From contig JBHOQQ010000070.1 in assembly GCA_042408955.1 (NCBI GenBank), positions 3,795 through 67,794 on the forward strand: DNA of 64,000 bases, in the 5' to 3' direction. The position numbers and the translations under genes were made by a program. Positions within the stretch are counted from its first letter, which is position 1; every line of letters begins with the position of its first letter. This DNA is from Thermomicrobiales bacterium (GTDB taxonomy: Bacteria > Chloroflexota > Chloroflexia > Thermomicrobiales > UBA6265). Shown piece by piece: positions 55,990-64,000 of the stretch. The notes beneath the pieces were generated by a model, which saw only the letters and a program-made list of their open reading frames with translations, did not search any database and had not been told where the DNA came from.

Positions 55990-57099
55990 TTACGTCATCG
56001 GCACCTGCCGGAGAATCTTTCCCTCGATCCGCTGGAAGATCTCATCGAGGCTTTCACCAGTGATCGTCAGCCCGTGGTTCTTGAGGCCGATGACGGCATG
56101 GCCAGGATCGGGAGAGCGGCGGACCAGCTCCGCGACTGCCGAGGCAAGCTCGTAGGTGCCGCACGGGAAGTTGACGTGTGTCGAGGGAATGCCTTCCATC
56201 CACGCATGGACGTGGAGAATCGCTCCGACCTGCGGATGCTCCCGGTAGATCATGTAATGCTCGATAGCATCCACCGAGACGCGGCGCGGCTTGACATGGG
56301 GCGGCACGCTCAGTTGCATCGCCTTCTTCTCGGGGAGGTAGTCCGTGACCAGCAGAATTTCGGTCCCGATCTCGACGAGATGACTCTTATCAACGCCGCT
56401 CGCGCTCATCCAGAAGCGCTTCTCGTCCTTGCGCGCGCTGAGATTGCCATAGGAAAGTCCACCGATGTTGAACATGGCGCGGACATGGCGGAAATCCTCG
56501 GGTGAGAGATATTCCTCGAGGGGGAATGGCGACGGGAGAAGATCGAGCTCATCGAGTTTCTTGCCGGCGCGGGTGATAGAAGCGGTAATCTCGTCGCCGT
56601 TCCACAGCTCAGGCTCGAGATCCGGGACAAAGATGTTGTCAATAATGAGCTGCGACGTTGCCAGTGGGGCCAGCCGCTCTAAGATCGCCTCAAAGAAGGC
56701 AGGATCGTCCCCCAGGTGCGGAACGGAGTAGGATCCCTGCTCCAGGGTGAAAAAGAAGGCTTCGGGATGGCCGCTCTTCCCTTCTCGAACCATGAGGATG
56801 AAGAGATTAGCGAGCGTGCGCAGCAACAACGGGTAGCCGGTCTTGAGCGGTTCTTCCGGGTAGCGATCATCCTCACCGATGCCGACGACAAACACAGCGC
56901 GGTTTTTGCGGCGCACGGATGTTGGCTTTTCCAGATCGACGGGATGCAGCACGATGCCTCCCTCGTCGGTTGCTTCGTTGGGCTCAATCACGTTGTAGCC
57001 ACGCTCGCGCATGGCCGAAGCGAGATTGCCTGCAAACCAGTCGCGCAGCGCACCCCGCGGCAACGTTGCCAAATGGGAGGCCACCATCCGTTCCATCAT
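55990..57099 (-). CDS. Class II aldolase/adducin-domain protein with an uncharacterised 170-aa N-terminal domain
   Basis: C-terminal half: SARKDEKRFWMSASGVDK, ILHVHAW, IGLKNHGLTITGESL. ATG 57099 follows AAGGAG. The ORF-track extension to 57213 has no SD. Confidence 0.75.
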   Translation of the reverse strand: MMERMVASHLATLPRGALRDWFAGNLASAMRERGYNVIEPNEATDEGGIVLHPVDLEKPTSVRRKNRAVFVVGIGEDDRYPEEPLKTGYPLLLRTLANLFILMVREGKSGHPEAFFFTLEQGSYSVPHLGDDPAFFEAILERLAPLATSQLIIDNIFVPDLEPELWNGDEITASITRAGKKLDELDLLPSPFPLEEYLSPEDFRHVRAMFNIGGLSYGNLSARKDEKRFWMSASGVDKSHLVEIGTEILLVTDYLPEKKAMQLSVPPHVKPRRVSVDAIEHYMIYREHPQVGAILHVHAWMEGIPSTHVNFPCGTYELASAVAELVRRSPDPGHAVIGLKNHGLTITGESLDEIFQRIEGKILRQVPMT

Positions 57100-57392
57100 G
57101 TCACTCCTTTTCACGATTCCTGCGCCTGAGGCAGGGTGATCTTCCGGGATAACCCCACCACGGTCACGCCCAGCATGGTGGTGCACATCGTTGAGGCAGG
57201 CAAGCCAGTGCATCGGGTTGGCGAGCGGCGCCTTCCCCAGCAGGCGCGACCCGTGCAGGCGACAACGCCGTCAAAAGGATACGTGACGGCCAGGCATAGC
57301 GGAAAGGGAATATGAGCGTCAAGACGGGAATACGCTCATGGTATGATGCTGCTCCAGGCGAATGGACCCCACTGTCAGCGAGGTGGATCGTG

Positions 57393-58265
57393 ATGCATTA
57401 CCCGACCGGATCGGTAGATGACCTATTTCGTGTCGCCGCGGTGCAAATGAACTCCCGCGATGATAAGGCGGCAAATATCCAGACGGCGCTTGAGCTTATC
57501 GATCGCGCTGCGAGGACTGGTGCGCGGCTCGTCGCATTGCCAGAGATCTGGACGTATCTTGGCGACCCGGGGGAAAACCGGGCAAACGCGGAACCCATCC
57601 CCGGTCCGACCACCGAGCTCCTGGCGGAGTGCGCCCGCCGGCATGGGATCTACTTGCACTGCGGCAGCATGTATGAAATCCGTCCTGGCGTGCCCAAAGT
57701 CTTTAACACCACGGTCGTGCTTGGCCCAGATGGCGCGATCCTCGCAAAATACAGCAAGATCCACATGTTTGATGTCGTGCTGGAGGGTGTCGCCACCTAC
57801 GAAGAATCCGCCACCGTCCAGCCGGGGGATGAGATCGTCACCGTTGACATTGATGGCATCCGCGTTGGGCTCGCAATTTGCTACGACCTGCGCTTCCCCG
57901 AGCTCTTTCGCATCCTTGCCTTGCGCGGAGCAGAGGTGATCGTCTTGCCTGCCGCTTTTACCCTCATGACCGGCAAAGATCACTGGGACACGCTTATCCG
58001 CGCCCGGGCAATTGAGAACACTGTGTTTATGGTCGCTCCAGCACAAATGGGACCGGATTCGTCTGGAAAATGGTGCTACGGGCGATCAATGATCGTCGAT
58101 CCCTGGGGAATTACCCTGGCCACCGCGCCAGACGCCGAGACGGTCATCAGCGCCACGCTCGACCGCTCACTGCTGCGCAACATCCGCCGCCAGGTGCCGT
58201 CGCTCGCCAACCGCATGCCAGACCGCTACATCTGGCCGGAGCAACCTGTCGCCGCTCACCGATAA
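57393..58265 (+). CDS. Carbon-nitrogen hydrolase (nitrilase-superfamily amidase)
   Basis: Glu-Lys-Cys triad contexts VALPE, YSKIHMFD, LAICYDLRFPE. ATG 57393 follows GAGGTGG. Confidence 0.85.
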   Translation: MHYPTGSVDDLFRVAAVQMNSRDDKAANIQTALELIDRAARTGARLVALPEIWTYLGDPGENRANAEPIPGPTTELLAECARRHGIYLHCGSMYEIRPGVPKVFNTTVVLGPDGAILAKYSKIHMFDVVLEGVATYEESATVQPGDEIVTVDIDGIRVGLAICYDLRFPELFRILALRGAEVIVLPAAFTLMTGKDHWDTLIRARAIENTVFMVAPAQMGPDSSGKWCYGRSMIVDPWGITLATAPDAETVISATLDRSLLRNIRRQVPSLANRMPDRYIWPEQPVAAHR

Positions 58266-58355
58266 ATGACGATACCTTAGGTTCGCGGGAGGGTGCTGCG
58301 CCCTCTTCGCTCGTGGTCGCTCGCTGCCCCAGTCTCCTGCTCGGCACCCGCCGGC

Positions 58356-58613
58356 TCACACCAGCCGGTGCCGCATGGCGAGGGCTGTTGCTGCCGCGCG
58401 CGATGGAACGCCGAGCTTGGCAAGGACTCGGGAGACGTGCACACCGACGGTGCGCGAGCTAATGAACAGCGCATTGGCAATCTCCCGGTCAGAGTACCCA
58501 GCCGCGACGAGCTGGAGTACCTCACGCTCCCGCTCGGTCAATCCGAAGCGCTCTGCAGGACTCGGGTGCGGCGTCCGAGGAAGAGCGGGGACGGTCGAAT
58601 GCTGCTGCGCAGC
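58356..58613 (-). pseudogene. Detached LuxR-type HTH module of the upstream STAND regulator (separated by in-frame TGA)
   Basis: LTEREREVLQLVAAGYSDREIANALFISSRTVGVHVSRVLAKLG is in the same frame as 58614..60818. It has no ATG/GTG of its own, only TTG 58541, and no SD. Confidence 0.65.
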
Positions 58614-60818
58614 TCATCCGATCCCGGTCATAACGGCGTCATGCAAGGACCACGACCGGCCGGATTCCCAAGCCGCATCGAACGCTGTCGCGCCAAGGCG
58701 GCGGCGGAGGGATTCCACCTCGTGAGCGTGCGCGTCGCTTTCGGCCGGCGGGAGTGGCGCCTGAATCTCGTGGCGCACGCGATCAACTGCGCCAAAGAGC
58801 CGCGCTCCGGTCTCTGGCTGTCCTGGCGCCGCGGCAACGGGCGCAAGGGCCTCCAGGCACTCCACTAGTCCGCGCTTGTCCCCAAGCTCCTGCCGTAGCG
58901 CCAGCGCTTCGCCTAATAACCTGGCAGCCTGCACATGCTCCCCCTGCCGGTACGCAACACGCGCGAGATTGTCCAGGGCATAGCCGACTCCAAGCTTGCC
59001 GCCCACTTCCCGGAACAGAGCCAAGCTCTCGGTGAATAGCCGCCGCGCCTCCTGGAGGTCGCCTCGATGGCGAGCGACGTCGCCAAGGTTGAACAGCGAG
59101 TAGGCGACTGCTCCCGTGTCGCCCATCGCGCGCCGGATCGCCAGCGCCTCCTCATGCAGCGACACCGCCTGCGCATAGTCTCCTTCGGCATTGGCGACGT
59201 TGCCGAGATTCGTCAGGGAGTTGCCCAATCCCTGCTGGTCACCGGCCTGCCGTCGCAATGCGAGGCTCTCCTCATGCAGGTGCCGGGCACGCGGATAGTC
59301 TGACTGGTAGAAGGCCACAAGACCCAGACCATTGAGCGAGGTGGCCACCTCCGCGGCCGTGCCAGACGCGCGCCGAATCGTGAGTCCTGCCTGGTACGCC
59401 TGCTCCGCCCGATCGTAATCCCCGAGGTCGAGGGCCAGGTTGCCCAAGTGGTGGAGAGCTTTGGCATGCACAAGCGGCGAAACCGGCCTAAGAAGGGAAA
59501 ACGCGCGAGTAGTCCAGGCATCTCCCTCAATGAGATAGCCACGGGTCACCCAAAAGCGCCAGAGCCCGCCGGCAAGGCGCTGGGCAAGCTCGGCTTCTCC
59601 GCTCTCGCATGCCCAGCCAAGCGCCGCGCGCAAATTGTCCCGCTCGGCATCGAGGCGATCGAGCCACTGGTCCTGATCAGGTCCGACCAGATGTGGCTCA
59701 GCGGTCTCGACGAGCGCGCAGGCCCACTCCGCATGACGCTTCCGAGCATCCGGTTCGTCGCCGCTGGCCGCAAGGCACTCGCGCGCATAGGCTAGCACGG
59801 TTTCCAGCATCCCCAACCGGACCTCAGCGTCGTCGCCACTATCGAGTCTCCGGATGAGGCTCTTATCAACAAGTGAGGCGATCCCATCGAGAACGGCCGG
59901 TGTCTCCCGTCCAGCGACGGTCTCCGCGGCATCCAGCGTGAAGCCGCCGGCGAAAACCGCAAGCCGGCGAAAAAGCATTTGCTCGCTCTGGGGCAAGAGA
60001 TCGTAGCTCCAAGCGACCGCGTCGCGGAGCGTGCGCAGCCGCGAGGGCTGATCGCGCGCTCCACCGGTCAGCAAATGCAGACGGTGGTCGAGGCGCGCCA
60101 GCAGCGCCGGAGGAGACAGCACCTTGCTCCGAGCGGCGGCAAGCTCGATCGCCAGCGGCAGGCCGTCGAGCCGGCGCACGATCTGCGCGACCGTGGTCAT
60201 ATTCTCCTCTGTCAGCGCGAAGGTAGGGTTGACCGCCTGCGAACGCGAGATGAAGAGCGCCACCGCCGCGTTGCGAGCAAGGTCGGCAAGCGCAGGCCGG
60301 CGTCCCTCCGGTGGCAGGCGGAGTGGAGCCAGGGGAAATTCGCGCTCGGCACTGAGGCGGAGCACCTCCCGGCTTGTCACCAGCACGGTCAGCGTGGGGA
60401 GCAGCGCGAGCAGCGCCGCCAGGTCCGCTGCCGCATCGACGACCTGCTCCATGTTGTCAAGGATGAGCAGCATATCTCGACCGGCCAGCGCATCGGTGAT
60501 CTGCTCCAGTGCCGATTGCTCAGCCACCTGGCGAAGTCCCAGCGCCTGCCCGATCGTTGGGGGCACGAGCTCTGGCTCCCGCAGCGGTGAGAGATCAACG
60601 AACAGCACGCCGCCAGCAAACACGTCGCTGAGTTCCGCACCGGCCCGCAGTGCGAGGCGCGTTTTGCCAACTCCGCCTGGCCCGGTCACGGTGATGAGCC
60701 GGCTCTCTCCTGACGTGAGGAGGCTGACAAGCGCGCCTAGCTCTTCCTCGCGGCCCACCAAGGGCGTGAGCGGTGCTGGAAGCGAGTGGAATCGGTCGTA
60801 GGAAACACTGAGGGCCAT
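58614..60818 (-). CDS. STAND-type ATPase + TPR regulator (LuxR-family large ATP-binding regulator, truncated by TGA)
   Basis: P-loop GPGGVGKTRLA, Walker B LLILDNMEQV, winged-helix region, then about 8 TPR-like repeats (ALxxLGNxAxxxGDYxxA). Ends at TGA 58614-58616. Confidence 0.8.
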   Translation of the reverse strand: MALSVSYDRFHSLPAPLTPLVGREEELGALVSLLTSGESRLITVTGPGGVGKTRLALRAGAELSDVFAGGVLFVDLSPLREPELVPPTIGQALGLRQVAEQSALEQITDALAGRDMLLILDNMEQVVDAAADLAALLALLPTLTVLVTSREVLRLSAEREFPLAPLRLPPEGRRPALADLARNAAVALFISRSQAVNPTFALTEENMTTVAQIVRRLDGLPLAIELAAARSKVLSPPALLARLDHRLHLLTGGARDQPSRLRTLRDAVAWSYDLLPQSEQMLFRRLAVFAGGFTLDAAETVAGRETPAVLDGIASLVDKSLIRRLDSGDDAEVRLGMLETVLAYARECLAASGDEPDARKRHAEWACALVETAEPHLVGPDQDQWLDRLDAERDNLRAALGWACESGEAELAQRLAGGLWRFWVTRGYLIEGDAWTTRAFSLLRPVSPLVHAKALHHLGNLALDLGDYDRAEQAYQAGLTIRRASGTAAEVATSLNGLGLVAFYQSDYPRARHLHEESLALRRQAGDQQGLGNSLTNLGNVANAEGDYAQAVSLHEEALAIRRAMGDTGAVAYSLFNLGDVARHRGDLQEARRLFTESLALFREVGGKLGVGYALDNLARVAYRQGEHVQAARLLGEALALRQELGDKRGLVECLEALAPVAAAPGQPETGARLFGAVDRVRHEIQAPLPPAESDAHAHEVESLRRRLGATAFDAAWESGRSWSLHDAVMTGIG

Positions 60819-60854
60819 GGGGCGCTCCTGAGGAGGTGGCGCGGACGGGTGTTG

Positions 60855-61395
60855 TCAATCGTGAGCCAGTACGCTCCTAGCACGGCGGATCTGCGCTGCG
60901 TGCTCGTGAGCATGAGCCGCATAGAGGCGGAGCCAAACCTCGATGGTGAACCGGCCAGATTCTGAGTGCGTGCCTTCGCGCTGCCAGTCTTCCGGCGTCA
61001 AGCGCCGCAAGATCTCGACGGTCGTCTCCCGCGCTGCCGTGATCGCAGCGAGTGCGGCGGTGATTGGCCGGTTGTCATACCAAAGACGGCGGGCAAACGC
61101 TTCTTGGTCATAGCCGGCAAGCGCCGGGCGATGCTCCGCCAGCAAGCGGCGCACGCGCAGCGCGCCTTCCATCTCGCTGTCGGCCAGGTGATGGATCACC
61201 TCACGCACGGACCACTCTGTGTACAGGGGGAGAAAGTACGTACTGCTCACGATGGATCACCTCACGCACGGACCACTCACCAGGCGCCGGCCGCGCATCG
61301 AGTTCTGCGCTGGTGATTCCATCCAACGCGGCCGCCACCTCGGCTGGTCCAGCCTCGTACCGCGCAATGAGGTCTTCCCGCTCTCGTGCATCCAT
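60855..61395 (-). pseudogene. DinB-family (YfiT-like) gene disrupted by a 61-bp insertion/duplication
   Basis: The N-fragment runs from ATG 61395 (MDAREREDLIARYEAGPAEV...PAPGEWSVREVIH) and frameshifts into a stop at 61201. The C-fragment resumes at ...EWSVREVIHHLADSEMEG...HEHAAQI. Removing 61 bp restores one 160-aa DinB ORF. Confidence 0.8.
61190..61278. repeat. 28-bp perfect direct repeat flanking a 33-bp filler inside dinB
   Basis: GATGGATCACCTCACGCACGGACCACTC occurs at 61190-61217 and 61251-61278. The filler TGTGTACAGGGGGAGAAAGTACGTACTGCTCAC contains the palindrome AGTACGTACT. Confidence 0.9.
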
Positions 61396-61589
61396 GCGTC
61401 CCTCGCTTTCTCCCTTGGCTCTCGCGCACAGCCTGGCAAACAATACGCCCCACCCAAAGAACGACGCACCAGCGGCGATGGTGTCAGGTGCGCGAAGCGC
61501 CATGGCCGCACAGGCTGAGTACGCACAGATAGGCAATGTGCAGTACCTCGCCCCTTGCAGGCATTCGACCGGCGCCATTTGCAGACCCG

Positions 61590-61618
61590 TTGACAGATCA
61601 CAGGTGGCTTGCTAGCAT
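61590..61618 (+). promoter_or_regulatory. Promoter of the last ABC uptake operon
   Basis: TTGACA (61590-61595), 17 nt spacer, TAGCAT (61613-61618). Confidence 0.6.
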
Positions 61619-61715
61619 CCCTCCGCTCAAAGGTCCAGATTGGCTGGCGGGCGCGGCGGCCCACGCGGGGTGGCGCTCAGCCGCAACCCGCCCGACGACG
61701 AGCAAGGGGGATGTC

Positions 61716-62873
61716 ATGGATGATGTGATTCGTCGGAGGATGACACGCCGTGAGGCCATGCGCATCTCAATTCTTGGGGCCGGTGCGCTGACCGTGACGG
61801 CCGCCGGTGGGGGACGCTATCTGATTGACCGGGTTGGCGCCCAGGAAGCAACTCCCACCCCATTTGACCGCGCGGCCTGCTACCAGCCGTTCCCGAACGC
61901 CAAGATGGTCAAGTACGAGAAGGTTGCCGATCCTCCGTACAGCCTGGCGCTCTCCAATTCGTATATCGGCAACGTCTGGCGTACCCAAATGATCAACATG
62001 GCCAACGTCTTCGTCAAGCGGCCGGACATCGCGCCCCTGATCAAGGACTGGCAGGTCGCATCCTCCGGTGAGGATGTGGCGGCACAGATCGCGCAGACAG
62101 AGAACCAGATCGCTGCTGGCGCCCAGGCCATCATCATCAATGCGATCAACCCAGATGCGCTGGTTCCGACGGTCAACAAGGCGCGGCAACAGGGGATCGT
62201 CGTCGTTGCCTTCGATAACATCGTCAACTCCGAAGAGATCGTCTTTGTCAATGAAGATCAGTATGAGATGGGCAAGCGCTGGGCCGAGTGGCTGGTCGAG
62301 CAGATCGGCGGCAAGGGCAAGGTGCTGATGGTCCTCGGCGTTCAGGGTACCAGCGTCGATACGGACCGGACCAAGGGAGGCGACGACGTTTTCAGCAAAT
62401 ACCCGGAGATCACGACGGTGAAGGTCGTCGGCAAGTGGGATCCGGGCACCGCGCAGACGGTGACAGCCAACGCGCTCGCGGCTCATCCCGACATCGCTGG
62501 CGTCTGGTGCCAGGGCGGAACGGACGGCGTGGTGCGGGCCTTCCTGGCCGCCGGCCGGCCGCTGGTGCCGATCGCGGGTGAGGCCGAGAACGGTTTCCGC
62601 AAGCAGATGCTGCAATACAAGGATCAATTCAAGGGATATTCAATCGGGCAATCGCCGGGCCTGGTTTGCGTCTCGATCCGCGTCGCGCTCGATCTGCTCC
62701 AAGGCATCGAGGTGCCATCGGCGATTTCGGTGCCGCTCCCAGAGGCCAAGACCGAGGATCTGGTGCCCGGGGTGAATGTGTTCCCGGATGCACCGGATAA
62801 TTTCTTCACACCGATTAACATTGAGCAGTGCGGTGTCTCCTTCACCTACGAGGAAATCGCGCCGCAGAGCTAA
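61716..62873 (+). CDS. Sugar ABC transporter substrate-binding protein (Tat signal)
   Basis: RRRMTRREAMRISILGAGALTVTAAGGG and a PBP type I fold. ATG 61716 follows AAGGGGGA. The upstream 60 codons of the ORF-track call cover the promoter. Confidence 0.85.
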   Translation: MDDVIRRRMTRREAMRISILGAGALTVTAAGGGRYLIDRVGAQEATPTPFDRAACYQPFPNAKMVKYEKVADPPYSLALSNSYIGNVWRTQMINMANVFVKRPDIAPLIKDWQVASSGEDVAAQIAQTENQIAAGAQAIIINAINPDALVPTVNKARQQGIVVVAFDNIVNSEEIVFVNEDQYEMGKRWAEWLVEQIGGKGKVLMVLGVQGTSVDTDRTKGGDDVFSKYPEITTVKVVGKWDPGTAQTVTANALAAHPDIAGVWCQGGTDGVVRAFLAAGRPLVPIAGEAENGFRKQMLQYKDQFKGYSIGQSPGLVCVSIRVALDLLQGIEVPSAISVPLPEAKTEDLVPGVNVFPDAPDNFFTPINIEQCGVSFTYEEIAPQS

Positions 62874-63005
62874 TCGCGCAGGAAGCCTTTGGCGACCGGC
62901 ATCGCGCCGTGCGACAACGCCCATGATGGCAGGAGCCGGGTCGTCGCTCAGACGTCCGGCTCCTCATCGGAGCATGCTGGCGCGCAGGCAGTAGGATTGT
63001 CGACG

Positions 63006-64000
63006 ATGCCCATTCTTGCCGCAGAAGGCATCACCAAACGCTTTGGCGGCGTCGTCGCGCTCGACGGCGCCTCATTCTCGTGTGAAGCGGGCGAGATTCA
63101 TGCCTTGCTCGGCGGCAACGGCGCTGGCAAGAGCACGATGGTCAAAGTGCTCTGCGGAGTCCAGCCTGCTGATGCTGGGACGATCACACTCAAAGGACGG
63201 CAGGTCCGGTTTGCCGATCCCGCCGCGGCCGCAGCCGCGGGTATCGTGCCGGTGTTTCAAGAACTCTCGCTGATACCCGATTTGACTGTGGCGGAAAATC
63301 TCTTCATGGGCCGTGAGCCACGCCGCTTCGGGTTGATGGATCGCCGCGGCATGGAACGCGCCGCGCGCATACTGCTGGAAAGCCTGCGCTTCCCCCCGAT
63401 TGATCCTGGAGCGATCGTGCGTGATCTCCCCTTGGCAGAGCGACAGCTTGTCGAGATCGCCAAGGCGATCGGCCGCCGGCCGGACGTGCTGATCCTTGAT
63501 GAAGCGACATCGGCCCTCGGTGCCCAGGAGGTTGAGCGCGTTTTCGCGGCCCTGCGCGACTTGCGGCAGCAAGGTATGGCCATTGTCTTCATCTCACACC
63601 GGATGGAAGAAGTGCGCGCTTTGTGTGACCGGGCGACGATCTTCCGCGACGGCAAGGACGTGGCAACCGTCAACGTCGCGGAGGCCGGACAGGAAGAGAT
63701 CGTCCGGCTGATGGTTGGCCGCCAGCTTGAAGAGGTCTTCCCACCCAAACCTCCCATCACCTCAGCGCCACCTGTGCTCCAGGTGGAGAACCTGAGCTGG
63801 GAACAGACATTGCGGAACATTTCTCTGACGCTACATCAGGGAGAGATTCTTGGGCTCTCCGGCCTGGAAGGTCAAGGGCAGGGCGATCTCCTGCTGGCAC
63901 TCTTCGGGGTCTACGCGGGTGTGACTGGGTCGGTGCGGGTGAAAAGCCATTCCCTTCCCCTTGGCAGCCCTGCCGCGGCGATGCGGGCGGGGCTTGCGCT
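63006..64000 (+). CDS. Sugar ABC transporter ATP-binding protein (duplicated NBD type); 3' end beyond window
   Basis: Not in the ORF track because it has no stop inside the window. My own translation from ATG 63006: MPILAAEGITKRFGGVVALDGASFSCEAGEIHALLGGNGAGKST...LILDEATSAL...ISHRMEEV..., then the second NBD begins LSGLEGQGQGDLL. Confidence 0.85.
   Translation, partial: MPILAAEGITKRFGGVVALDGASFSCEAGEIHALLGGNGAGKSTMVKVLCGVQPADAGTITLKGRQVRFADPAAAAAAGIVPVFQELSLIPDLTVAENLFMGREPRRFGLMDRRGMERAARILLESLRFPPIDPGAIVRDLPLAERQLVEIAKAIGRRPDVLILDEATSALGAQEVERVFAALRDLRQQGMAIVFISHRMEEVRALCDRATIFRDGKDVATVNVAEAGQEEIVRLMVGRQLEEVFPPKPPITSAPPVLQVENLSWEQTLRNISLTLHQGEILGLSGLEGQGQGDLLLALFGVYAGVTGSVRVKSHSLPLGSPAAAMRAGLA

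Noticed and set aside
63016-63273. ORF-track calls 63016..63273(+) and 63496..63711(+)
   Set aside because: They are in the wrong frames. The real gene starts at ATG 63006 and runs off the window; it shows Walker A, Q-loop and Walker B motifs only in that frame.

Overview
High-GC bacterial window (GC judged by eye, not computed), densely coding, with about 62 protein genes, one tRNA-Cys, and no rRNA, CRISPR, transposase or integrase. Four monosaccharide or sugar-acid ABC uptake loci dominate (5-5114, 7069-12228, 61716-64000, plus regulators). The rest includes F420-type oxidoreductases, redox/stress genes (OsmC, thioredoxin, DUF4395, two tandem-USP proteins), modAB, a class II photolyase, NAD synthase, two NarL-type response regulators and one GAF histidine kinase. 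Tat-signal binding proteins plus F420 enzymes suggest a Chloroflexota/Thermomicrobia-like or actinobacterial accessory replicon; this is inference only. Many intergenic regions carry textbook TTGACA-17-TAnnAT promoters. Main observations: (1) A fluoride-riboswitch-like leader, complete with its own consensus promoter and a competing terminator, drives an unusual DUF6062 / MFS / DUF190 operon that lies divergent from a crcB-crcB pair. (2) An orphan gene resembles the aGPT-Pplase DNA thymidine-hypermodification family and sits in a sugar-acid neighbourhood. (3) A modular G-run / heptamer / hairpin repeat occurs in two inverted copies that abut stop codons and bracket a 9.6-kb segment, with shorter copies elsewhere. 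(4) Gene decay is unusually frequent: four genes are each broken by a single in-frame stop, there is one deletion fusion, and one gene carries a 61-bp insertion flanked by 28-bp direct repeats. (5) A paralogous secreted HxHxGxC domain is present. Start codons were re-picked from Shine-Dalgarno (SD) context where the ORF track over-extends. Family names come from motif recognition by memory, not from searches.
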